Part shown: positions 28,854-37,654 of the stretch, piece by piece
Layout of the letters: every line of letters begins with the position of its first letter
Numbering within the stretch: position 1 is the first letter of the stretch
The notes under the pieces: model-generated
What the model was told of the DNA's origin: nothing
The model's database searches: none
Seen by the model: only the letters and a program-made list of their open reading frames with translations
DNA from: Archangium sp.
GTDB taxonomy: Bacteria > Myxococcota > Myxococcia > Myxococcales > Myxococcaceae
Reading direction: 5' to 3'
Assembly: GCF_035633935.1 (NCBI RefSeq)
Contig: NZ_DASQDY010000434.1
Coordinates: 1,007 to 65,006, forward strand
DNA: 64,000 bases
Program-made: the position numbers and the translations under genes

Positions 28854-30500
28854 ATGATGGAGTTCGATTGCGACTGGCTCATCATCGGCTCGGGCTTCGG
28901 GGGCAGCGTGAGCGCCCTGCGCCTGACGGAGAAGGGCTACCGCGTGGTGATGCTGGAGAAGGGCCGGCGCCTGCGGGCGCAGGACTTCCCCAAGACGAAC
29001 TGGAACCTGAAGCGGTGGCTGTGGATGCCACAGCTCGGGTGGCGCGGCCTGTTCAAGATGACCTTCTTCCGCCACGTCACCGTGCTGTCCGGCGTGGGCG
29101 TGGGCGGGGGCTCGCTGGTGTACGCCAACACGCTGCCCATTCCGAAGGATGACTTCTTCCAGGCGCGCTCCTGGGGAGCCCTGGCGGACTGGAAGACGGA
29201 ACTGGCGCCGCACTACGCCACCGCGCGCAAGATGCTCGGGGCCACGGTGAACCCGCTGCGCACGCTGCCGGATGAGATCATCCAGCAGGTGGGCAAGGAG
29301 ATGGGCCGCGAGGACTTCCAGCCCACCACGGTGGCCGTCTACTTCGGCAAGCCAGGGGAGACGGTGCCGGACCCGTACTTCGGCGGCGAGGGCCCCGAGC
29401 GCACCGGCTGCAACGCCTGCGGCGGCTGCATGACGGGCTGCCGCTTCAACTCCAAGAACACCCTGGACAAGAACTACCTCCACTTCGCCGAGAAGCGCGG
29501 CCTCACCCTCCACGCGGACACCGAGGCCACGTGGGTGCGCCCGTTGCCCGGCGGCGGCTACGAGGTGAAGGCGCTCGAGGGAACCTCGCGCTTCTCCCGC
29601 CGCGAGCGGCGCTTCACCGCGCGTCACGTCATCTTCTCCGGCGGGGTGCTGGGCACGGTGGATCTGCTGCTCAAGCTGAAGGCCCACCCGGACGGCCTGC
29701 CCCGGCTGTCGGACCGGCTCGGCGATGGCGTACGCACCAACTCCGAGGCGCTCATCGGCGTGGTGGCCGGCAAGCGCTTCCACGACAAGGATCTGTCCAG
29801 GGGCATCGCCATCGGCTCCATCCTCCACACGGACGAGCACTCGCACCTGGAGCCGGTGCGCTACTCCGGGGGCTCGGACTTCTTCCGGACCCTGATGGCG
29901 CCCCACGTCGGTGGCGCCACCGCCCTGTCGCGGCTGGCGAACCTGGCTGGCCTCTTCCTGCGCCACCCGTTCAAGTTGATCCGCTCCTGGTTCACCCGCG
30001 ACTTCGCCCGGCGGTCGATGATCCTCCTCTACATGCGCACGCTGGACGGGCACCTGCGCATGCGGCGCGGGCGCGGGCTCTTCACCGCGGGGCGCGAGGG
30101 GCTCACCACCGGTCTGCAGGAGGGCCCCGCTCCCACCGCCCACATCCCCGAGGCCACCGAGCTGGCCCACCGGGTGGCGGAGAAGCTGGACGGCATTCCC
30201 ATGACCCTGGCCTCCGAATCGGTGATGGGCATCCCTACCACCGCCCATATCCTCGGTGGCTGCTGCATGGGGGACTCGCCCCAGACGGGCACCATCGACT
30301 CCCAGCACCGCCTCTTCGGCTACGAGGGCCTGTACGTCATCGACGGCTCCGCCATCTCCGCCAACCCGGGGGTGAATCCCTCGCTCACCATCACCGCGCT
30401 CGCTGAGCGCGCCATGACCTTCATCCCCGCCCGGCAGCAGATGGACTCCGGGGCCCAGGTGAAGGAGGTCGTCGCGCGTCCCGCCGTGCTCGGGGCGTGA
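28854..30500 (+). CDS. GMC oxidoreductase, cholesterol oxidase-like
   Basis: IIGSGFGGSV FAD motif, GVGGGSLVYAN, CNACGGCMTGC, TAHILGGC, NPSLTITALAERA. Confidence 0.88.
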   Translation: MMEFDCDWLIIGSGFGGSVSALRLTEKGYRVVMLEKGRRLRAQDFPKTNWNLKRWLWMPQLGWRGLFKMTFFRHVTVLSGVGVGGGSLVYANTLPIPKDDFFQARSWGALADWKTELAPHYATARKMLGATVNPLRTLPDEIIQQVGKEMGREDFQPTTVAVYFGKPGETVPDPYFGGEGPERTGCNACGGCMTGCRFNSKNTLDKNYLHFAEKRGLTLHADTEATWVRPLPGGGYEVKALEGTSRFSRRERRFTARHVIFSGGVLGTVDLLLKLKAHPDGLPRLSDRLGDGVRTNSEALIGVVAGKRFHDKDLSRGIAIGSILHTDEHSHLEPVRYSGGSDFFRTLMAPHVGGATALSRLANLAGLFLRHPFKLIRSWFTRDFARRSMILLYMRTLDGHLRMRRGRGLFTAGREGLTTGLQEGPAPTAHIPEATELAHRVAEKLDGIPMTLASESVMGIPTTAHILGGCCMGDSPQTGTIDSQHRLFGYEGLYVIDGSAISANPGVNPSLTITALAERAMTFIPARQQMDSGAQVKEVVARPAVLGA

Positions 30501-30600
30501 GCTTCACGGCGGTTTCTTCGCTCAAGACGAGCTTCTTCCTCGATGACACCGCGCTGAGCATCACTCGGTAGTCGATCATTCAGGGCTCGAAGTTCCCGGC

Positions 30601-30641
30601 GGCGCGGGGGAGGCAACACGGCCCCCGCGCCGTTTTCATTT
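30601..30641 (+). terminator. Putative intrinsic terminator after the oxidase operon
   Basis: GGCGCGGGGG (30601-30610) pairs with CCCCCGCGCC (30622-30631), followed by GTTTTCATTT. Confidence 0.55.
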
Positions 30642-30758
30642 CCGGGCGACAGACTCGCGCGAGGCGCCTTGACGTCTCCAGCCAACCTGGACACCCTCGT
30701 GACGGTTTTGGCGGAGAGGCTCGGGCCCGATCGCACTTCTCCGCGTGAAGGAGATGTC

Positions 30759-31237
30759 ATGTCGCGGATTGTATTGACGCTGTGGCTGGCCGCTGGAGTG
30801 TGGACGGGCTGTGGGACGACCCAGAAGGAGCCGAGGCTTGTCCTCCGACAGGGGACGGCACAGGCGTGTGCGCGCCATCCGTGGCTTTGCGCGGGCTACG
30901 ACTCTCAGGACGCATGGCGTCGTGCTCTCGAGGCTGCGAGAGCAGCCGATGCGCTACTGGCCTACCAGTGTCTTCTCTAAAGCGGATCCCGAAGAGACGA
31001 TCAAGCGACTCGACGAGCATATTCATAAAGTCGAGAGTGTTTGTCCCTCCGGCAATCCAGACCCGAAAGATCCGAAACATCAAAAATGTGAATCACTGGA
31101 AGAAAGAGATTCGTGCCTTCGTGAAGAATTTGAAGCAAATGCTCAAGCGCATGCCCAACAACAAAGCCAAGCGTCAACCTGTCGAAGGAGCAATCAGGCG
31201 TGGGGATAATGCTCTGGAGCGCTGGGGCGGTTCATGA
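30759..31237 (+). pseudogene. Frameshifted lipoprotein with toxin-like C-terminus
   Basis: GAAGGAGA RBS, MSRIVLTLWLAAGVWTGC signal and Cys; protein-like sequence moves through three frames (AYQ / VFSKADPEETIKRLDEHIHKVE / VNHWKKEIRAFVKNL); final stop overlaps the next ATG. Confidence 0.6.
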
Positions 31238-31554
31238 TTGACGAGGAGAAAGCACAGGTTCTTACTCATGTTTTGGAACGTGCCATGGTCAAGGTCGTTC
31301 CGGACGACAAGGTCCGCGATGAGATGGCCTTTCACATCTCGGATGTGTTGAGGGATTTTCTCCAGATAAGTCCTGTGGTTGAGAAGGCCTTCGAAGAAGG
31401 CGAGTTGTCGCGAGGTGATGTGGATGCGATCTTGTCGCTGCTGCTGTCTCATTGGCCATATCACTTGAAAGGACTCGCGAGGTTGCGGAAGAAATTGAAT
31501 GCCGAGCCTCGGAGAAAGAAACAGCCCGCACGTCGAGTTCCTGGTCGAAGGTGA
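31234..31554 (+). CDS. Small helical protein, putative immunity protein
   Basis: 106 aa, ATGA-coupled to the upstream toxin-like frame; EMAFHISD...LLSHWPYHL; lower GC. Confidence 0.6.
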   Translation: MIDEEKAQVLTHVLERAMVKVVPDDKVRDEMAFHISDVLRDFLQISPVVEKAFEEGELSRGDVDAILSLLLSHWPYHLKGLARLRKKLNAEPRRKKQPARRVPGRR

Positions 31555-31825
31555 CCTCGAGTGAGTCACGTTCCGGTACGCGGGCCCGCGCGAAGGTCTC
31601 ACTGCGCGTGCGTGCACACGGTGTTCCAGGAGATGACGGGAGCACAAACTGCGATTCCCGAGCGTCTGGACGATACGGACGACGCGGCCAACCAACTCAT
31701 GCGCCCGAGGCTGGTGTCCACAGGCAATGGGTCACTGGTACTCTTCGAGGATGACCGGAGCGGCTGGCGTCGAATCCGCATGAGTCGCTGGCGGTAATGC
31801 TGGATGCATTTGGCCGATAGGGCTC

Positions 31826-32214
31826 CTAATCGAGGAAGCGACGCTGCCAGCGGCGCATATTCTCGTCGCTGAAGCCATGGAACCGGAAGCGCTCCTCATA
31901 CCACCAGGGTTCGAGCACACGCGCCAGCTCGCGGTACGCGGGGAGTGTCTGGCCCTGCTCCAGATCTCCTGCCTCGGGCCAGGGGCCGAGTGTCACCACG
32001 GCGCGCCCGGCTTCCAGTTCCTGCACGGTGGTGCTGGGCGAGCGCAGCCGGGAGCGCAGGTTCGCCACGCCGCCCAGCTCGCCCAACACGGGCTGCCCCA
32101 GGAAGTTCATCCACGCCGCATGTAGAAGGTGAGGCCCACGCTCTCGCGGATGCGCAGGATGCGCCCGGTGTCGAAAACACCGGAGCGACGGATCCGAGGG
32201 TAGTGCTCGCTCAT
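31826..32214 (-). pseudogene. DUF3396-type immunity gene with large internal deletion
   Basis: N-terminus MSEHYPRIRR...IRESVGLTFYMRR (ATG 32214, GAGGAG RBS) joined out of frame to the C-terminus MNFLGQPVLGELGG...LPAYRELARVLEPW...MRRWQRRFLD. Confidence 0.75.
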
Positions 32215-32225
32215 CGCTGGACTCC

Positions 32226-32444
32226 TCACTGGATTCCGTAAATGGGATGAATGATCACGGGTTGCTCTTCTCCTCCCAGCCCCGCATAGAGCTGTCTTTG
32301 ATCTCTCGGGTGATGAGGGTGGCCTCAGCGGTAGGAATTCCAGGATCCAAACTTTTCAGCCGGGCAGGGAAATTTGAGGTCGTAGATGCGCTGGACCTTG
32401 TTCGGGTCGCCCGCGGCGTGAATCACCACGTCCGGCACGAGAGC
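32226..32444 (-). pseudogene. C-terminal relic of a PD-(D/E)xK-type polymorphic toxin
   Basis: Manual translation LVPDVVIHAAGDPNKVQRIYDLKFPC...YR*GHPH...IHPIYGIQ*; no start codon; in-frame TGA at 32325-32327; lies directly upstream of the DUF3396 relic. Confidence 0.7.
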
Positions 32445-34325
32445 TCACTGCACCCGTACCATCGTCCAGGGTTCATAGAGCACCAGCCCCTGCGGCTCCC
32501 GGAGCCCGATTTGGTACCAGAGCTTTCCCTCCGAGATGTTCGACGGCTCTCGCCAGTGGGGGCCTGTTCCGAAGTAGGGCCCATCGAACTCGTGGTGGCT
32601 GGACGTCTCGTCCGAACGGAAGCGGCAGACCACCTCCCAGCCCTCGGGCACCTTGCCATCCACAATGGTCCGGATGCCCACCTGTCCAGACTCGCGCTCC
32701 ACGGCTCCTCGCGGGCGCGGGAGTGTGTCGATGACCTCACGGCGGCGCTCCACCTGTTCGTCCAGGTACGCGAAGAAGTCGTCGAACACCTGGGACAGGT
32801 CGATGCCCGCAGTCTGGAATGCGTCCTGCCACGCCAGGGCACCCTCCAGTCCCTCGGGTGCGTCCTTCCTCCCGAGTGCCGCGAGGACTCTCGCCGGGGC
32901 TCCGTCTCCATGCCGCCGCACCAGCACTTCGATGAAAGCCCTCCCCAGTGGGTACACCTGGTTCTCGTCACGCTCGGCCGCGAGTTTCTCCACATCGAGC
33001 AACTCCTCGGTCTTCACCTCGCGCCGCGCACGGGCCGCCGCGGCGATCAACTGGTACTCCTCCTCCGAGCCGGGTGCGTAGAAGAAGCGGTACTCCACGT
33101 AGCTGGCCAATCCCTCGCTGAGCAGCTTCATGCTCGTCAGGCGGGGGGCCGCATCCGCCCCGGCGATGCGCTGGGCGAGTACGTGTGTCGTCTCGTGTCC
33201 GAGCACCGCGAGCGCTTCATCGGGCCTGGAAAGCCCGGCGAGGTTCATCCGGAGTGTGTTCCAGTAGGCCGTGCCCGCCGTGTGTCTCGCGCTCCCGCCG
33301 AGGTTCGCGCGGATGGGGTCTCCCGCCTCCACCCCGAGGAAGGCGCGGACCTTCTCGAAGACTCCATCCGCTCCATCCAGGAGCGGCTCGGCGCGCTTTC
33401 GCAGGCTGGCGGGGTAGGTGAACTGGTAGTGCCCCGTCGCCGCCTGCGCGGTGGCCGCGGTGGGGAATTCCACCTTGGGGCCCTCGCCGCCGCTGTCCTC
33501 CACGGCTCCGTCGCTCCCGGCCCACCGGGCGAAAACCCCGATGAACAGGCCGACGGTCGCGAGCGTGGCCAGGGTTCCCATCCACGAGCCCCGCAGCCGC
33601 CGCTGGACGGAGGCGGTCAGCCGCTCGCCCCACCCGAGGAACTGCGCCAGGGCCAGGCCGAGCAGCACGCAGGCCACGGAAAGCTGGAGGCTCAGGGCCT
33701 CCACGGGCCAGCGCCAGTGGGTTCCCTCGAATTCCGGCGCCGTGAGGTGGAACGGATTGAGGGCGGACAGCCACGGCACCTGGTCCTCGAGGATCGACTG
33801 GCCCAGCATCAGCACCGCCAGCGCCGTCCAGCAGAGCCGCCTCAGGGGCGCCAGCGCCAGCGCCAGGGCGAGCACCGTGAGCGCCTGCGCCACCCGCAGC
33901 ACGGAGGCCACCGCCATCACATCCAGGTGCAGGCCCGGATCGAGCGAGGTTCGGGAGAGGGCATGATGGCCGATCACCCACAGCGTCACCCCGAGCGGGT
34001 ACACGAGCACGGTGGCGAGCGCGACGAGCAGCTTCACCCAGAAGAGCGTCCACCGAGAGGTGGGCAGGGCGTCCAGGAACTCCAGCGTGCGGTCATCCTG
34101 CTCGCGCACGAGCAGGCCGCTGCCCAGCGCGAACGCGAGGATGAAGGTCAGCAGGGACAGGTCGCCGTCCGGTTTGAACCGTGACTCGAAGGTCTCCGCG
34201 TAGGGCGAGAACCCCAGGGGCTCGAGCCACAAGGCCGAGGGTACCTCGACCACGATGAAGAAGAGCGCGAGCCAGAGGAACGGCCGCTGGTCACGCACTT
34301 CCTTGGCCACGAGTGGGCGGATCAT
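32445..34325 (-). CDS. ABC-2-type permease fused to a gluzincin peptidase domain
   Basis: MIRPLVAKEVRDQR, multi-TM N-terminus, EQDDRTLEFLDALP; HETTH (33183-33197) followed by LSEGLASYVE. Confidence 0.8.
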   Translation of the reverse strand: MIRPLVAKEVRDQRPFLWLALFFIVVEVPSALWLEPLGFSPYAETFESRFKPDGDLSLLTFILAFALGSGLLVREQDDRTLEFLDALPTSRWTLFWVKLLVALATVLVYPLGVTLWVIGHHALSRTSLDPGLHLDVMAVASVLRVAQALTVLALALALAPLRRLCWTALAVLMLGQSILEDQVPWLSALNPFHLTAPEFEGTHWRWPVEALSLQLSVACVLLGLALAQFLGWGERLTASVQRRLRGSWMGTLATLATVGLFIGVFARWAGSDGAVEDSGGEGPKVEFPTAATAQAATGHYQFTYPASLRKRAEPLLDGADGVFEKVRAFLGVEAGDPIRANLGGSARHTAGTAYWNTLRMNLAGLSRPDEALAVLGHETTHVLAQRIAGADAAPRLTSMKLLSEGLASYVEYRFFYAPGSEEEYQLIAAAARARREVKTEELLDVEKLAAERDENQVYPLGRAFIEVLVRRHGDGAPARVLAALGRKDAPEGLEGALAWQDAFQTAGIDLSQVFDDFFAYLDEQVERRREVIDTLPRPRGAVERESGQVGIRTIVDGKVPEGWEVVCRFRSDETSSHHEFDGPYFGTGPHWREPSNISEGKLWYQIGLREPQGLVLYEPWTMVRVQ

Positions 34326-36175
34326 CGGATCTCCCTCCGTTCCGCGAGCAGGCGGATGGGACACCCCAGCGTCTCGGACTCCACCTGCACCACGAACAGC
34401 CACCGGTCCCCTCGTGCGAGCCCCCGCGGAAGCCTCGCCCCACCCGGGGAGGGCACCGTGTCCTGCCGGGAGAGCTCGTGCGGAGCCACCTCGTGCTCGA
34501 AGGGCTTCAGCTCGTGGTGGAGGAGCGCGTACCTGGCGGGATGCTCCCTTCCTTCCTCCGTCTGGAGGGTGTGCTCCAGGCGGAAGGTCTCCGCCGACTC
34601 CGCCACGAGTGTGAGCGCGGGGCGCATCCCGGCCAGGCGCTCCAGTTCCTTCGGATGGGTCTCGCGGTCCCCACGGAGGGCCTCGCGCCAGAGCCGCGCC
34701 AGCTCGTCCTCGGAGGACCCGCCCCGCTCGCGCAGCAGCGAGGCCAGCCGCGGCTCATTCCAGAGTCCCCAGAGGCCCGTGCCGGGAGGTCCGGCCAGGA
34801 TGCGCCGCATCACCGCGCGGAAGGACTGCTCCCCGAGTTGCTCGTGCAGCACCTGGACTCCCCGGGCGGCCAGTGCTCCCGACAGGCAGGGACCGAGGCG
34901 CTCGCGCGTGGTCAACCAGCCCCGGGAATCGAAGTCCTCCCGCGAGGCCACCGCGGCCCTCATCGACAGCCGCTCCTCCTCGTCCCGGTGCGCCCACCAC
35001 GTGGTGAAGCCATCGAGGAGCCACTGCCGCTCCTCCCGCAGCACCACGCCCTCGCTGGCCTCGATGAGCACCTCGCGGAAGAGGAAGGCCTCGAAGGCGC
35101 GCGGGTCGAAGTCCGGGGCCGCGAGGTTCGCCCGCACGACGACTCCATCCGCCTTCTCGAGCTTCGCGCGCTGGAACACGTCGGCGTCGAGCTCGCGGAT
35201 GGGCAACACCGCCACGGCCGGAAGCCGCTCGAGCCCGAGGTAGTCGCTCAGCGCGAGCAGGTCCTCCGCGAGCCGCTCCGCCATCCGCCGGGCCTGCTCC
35301 CTCGGAAACCCCACTCCGGAGGCCACCTGGACGGCCGACTCCTTCACGCCGGCCTTCTCCGCTTCGTGCAGCGCGAAGGGCTGGCGCTTCTTCGCCTCGT
35401 CCATCATGGAGATGACCGTGAAGAGCCCGACCATGACACACGCGATGAATACCTTCTCCCGGTGGCTCATCCGCTGGGAGAACAGCTCGGCGAGGGTCCC
35501 GTCCCGATAGAGGACCAGCCCGAAGCAGAGCGCCCCCACCGCCGCCGTGAGGGCCCAGCACGGAAACAGGTCGTCCCAGGGGATGCGGTGGCGCTCGAAG
35601 GCGAAGTCGGCGCCGAGCAGCGCGAATGGCCCGGTCTTGGAGAGATCGAGCTCGGTGAGGTGGTCCGCCGCGAAGGCGGCGATGACCAGGAAGATGTAGA
35701 GGGGGTTGCGATAGCGGCCGAGCAGCCCGGCGAGTGCGAAGAAGCTCCAGCCCAGCAGCACCGGGGTGCCCGCACGCAGGGCGAGGAGGAGGACGAAGCG
35801 GGCGGAGACCTCCTCGTGCTCCCGGGCCCGGCTCCAGAGGACGAGCAGGCTCAACGCCAGGGGGAGCAGCAGCACGGCCACCCCGAGCACGAGCTTGGTG
35901 ACGAGGATGCGCGTGCGCGAGAGGGGAAGTGCCGCGAGGAAGAGCTGGGTCCGCTGGCCATACTCGCGCACCACCAGACGGTGGGCCGCGAAGAGGGCTC
36001 CCACGCTGCAGAGAAGCAGCGTGGGCACCCGGAGCAGCTCGAACGGGCTGCCTTTCTCGGCGTGGTGCTCCTCTGTCACCAGCATGAGGAGCAGCAGGAT
36101 TCCGAAGAGGAGGTTGAGGAGCAGCCACGAGCCCCGGTGCTCGCGCCACTCCTTGAGGAGGAGGGCCCGGCTCAT
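34322..36175 (-). CDS. ABC-2-type permease with degenerate peptidase-like extracellular domain
   Basis: MSRALLLKEWREH, REYGQRTQLFLAALP, multi-TM; FREVLI...WLLDGFTTWW where HExxH...EG would be expected. Confidence 0.75.
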   Translation of the reverse strand: MSRALLLKEWREHRGSWLLLNLLFGILLLLMLVTEEHHAEKGSPFELLRVPTLLLCSVGALFAAHRLVVREYGQRTQLFLAALPLSRTRILVTKLVLGVAVLLLPLALSLLVLWSRAREHEEVSARFVLLLALRAGTPVLLGWSFFALAGLLGRYRNPLYIFLVIAAFAADHLTELDLSKTGPFALLGADFAFERHRIPWDDLFPCWALTAAVGALCFGLVLYRDGTLAELFSQRMSHREKVFIACVMVGLFTVISMMDEAKKRQPFALHEAEKAGVKESAVQVASGVGFPREQARRMAERLAEDLLALSDYLGLERLPAVAVLPIRELDADVFQRAKLEKADGVVVRANLAAPDFDPRAFEAFLFREVLIEASEGVVLREERQWLLDGFTTWWAHRDEEERLSMRAAVASREDFDSRGWLTTRERLGPCLSGALAARGVQVLHEQLGEQSFRAVMRRILAGPPGTGLWGLWNEPRLASLLRERGGSSEDELARLWREALRGDRETHPKELERLAGMRPALTLVAESAETFRLEHTLQTEEGREHPARYALLHHELKPFEHEVAPHELSRQDTVPSPGGARLPRGLARGDRWLFVVQVESETLGCPIRLLAERREIR

Positions 36176-37119
36176 GTCTCGTCCGACCGCCGCGCGTAGG
36201 CGAGGAAGATGTTCTCCAGGGACAGCGCCTCCACCGCCTCCGGGGCGAAGGGATGGGTGGTCCAGTCCGCCGGTGCGCCGAAGAGCACCAGGGCCAGGCG
36301 CCCATCGGGCAGGCGCTCGCGCCTCACGAGGGAGAAGCCGTGCGGCAGGGGTTCTGGTGGACTCTCCCGCACCACCCGCCGGACCGACTGGCGGAGCGTG
36401 TCGAGGCTCCCCTGGAAGCGCAGCCGGCCGTCGTGGAGGATGCCGATGCGGTGCGCCACCTCCTCCACCTCGCCGACGAGGTGGGACGAGAAGAGCGCGG
36501 TCTGTCCCTCGCGCCGGACCTGCTCGCGGAGGATGTCGAGGAACTCGCGCCGCGCCACCGGATCCAACCCGGCGGTGGGCTCGTCGAGGATGAGCAGCGG
36601 CGGGCGGTGGGCCAGCGCGAGCGCCAGTCCCAGCTTCATCCGCGTGCCGCCGGAGAGCTGCGCGGACTTGCGGTCCTTCGGTACGTCCAGCACCCGGAGG
36701 AGCCGCTGGAACCGCGCGTCGTCCCAGTGCGGGTAGAAGCCGGAGACGAACCGCCCCAGCTCGAGCGCCGTCATCCAGGGGTAGAAGACCTGCTCCTGCG
36801 ACACGTAGCCGAGCTGCTGCTTCTGGGCCGCGCGCACCCGGCGGACCCGCTGGCCCATCAGCTCGATGTCACCCTGGTCCGGACGGAGGATGCCCATCAG
36901 CATCCGGAGCGTGGTCGTCTTCCCCGCGCCGTTGCGGCCGAGGAAGCCGTAGACCTCGCCGCGCCGCAGTTCCAGGTCCACCCCGTCCACCGCCTTCACC
37001 TCGTGGAAGGCGCGGGTGAGCCCCTGGGTGCGGAGGATGACCTCCGGCTCGGGGGTGGGCTCCGGCGGTGGCGGCACGTCCGGTGGTGGGGTGGGCAGCG
37101 GCTCGGAGACTTCGGACAT
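36172..37119 (-). CDS. ABC transporter ATP-binding protein (exporter type)
   Basis: GRNGAGKTT, LSGG, LILDEP, SSH. Confidence 0.95.
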   Translation of the reverse strand: MSEVSEPLPTPPPDVPPPPEPTPEPEVILRTQGLTRAFHEVKAVDGVDLELRRGEVYGFLGRNGAGKTTTLRMLMGILRPDQGDIELMGQRVRRVRAAQKQQLGYVSQEQVFYPWMTALELGRFVSGFYPHWDDARFQRLLRVLDVPKDRKSAQLSGGTRMKLGLALALAHRPPLLILDEPTAGLDPVARREFLDILREQVRREGQTALFSSHLVGEVEEVAHRIGILHDGRLRFQGSLDTLRQSVRRVVRESPPEPLPHGFSLVRRERLPDGRLALVLFGAPADWTTHPFAPEAVEALSLENIFLAYARRSDET

Positions 37120-37150
37120 GGGCGGGAGTCTATGCGCTTTTTCGAGTGGT

Positions 37151-37570
37151 TCACGGCGGGGTGTTGAGCTCCCGGAGCACCTCTCCGGCGTGCCTCGCCT
37201 CGCCCGGCACCAGGGCCAGGTCGTCCAGGCTGATGAGGCCCACCGGCTTCTTGTACGCGTCGAGCACCACCAGACGCCGCACCGCCTTCTCCTCCATCAG
37301 GTGCTCGGCCTCGGAGATGGGGGCCTCCGCGTCGCAGGTGATGACGGTGTGGGTCATCGCCTCTCGCACCGGCGTCTTGTTCGGGTCCTTGCCCGCCGCC
37401 GTCGCACGCACGGTGATGTCCCGGTCCGTCAGCATCCCCACGAGCTGCTCTCCGTCCATGACGGGCAGCGCCCCGATTCCGTACGAGCGCATCCGCTCGG
37501 CCGCCGCGCGCAGGGGCGCATCCGCCTCGATGGTCTCCAGGCCCTGCGTCATCAGCTCGCCGATCCGCAT
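37151..37570 (-). CDS. CBS-domain protein
   Basis: MRIGELMT, GALPV...GMLTDRDI, VRRLVV...GLISLDDL. Confidence 0.9.
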   Translation of the reverse strand: MRIGELMTQGLETIEADAPLRAAAERMRSYGIGALPVMDGEQLVGMLTDRDITVRATAAGKDPNKTPVREAMTHTVITCDAEAPISEAEHLMEEKAVRRLVVLDAYKKPVGLISLDDLALVPGEARHAGEVLRELNTPP

Positions 37571-37654
37571 CCGCCGCCTCCTCGGGGCGCTCCGTGCCCT
37601 CGTGTGTTCCTGGATTCCCACGTGCAATCCCTCCGCCGTGTGTGCCGCCCCGGC

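Noticed and set aside
32325-32327. In-frame TGA in the toxin relic as a second selenocysteine
   Set aside because: No Cys-type context or SECIS-like hairpin, and the fragment has no start; it is an ordinary nonsense lesion.
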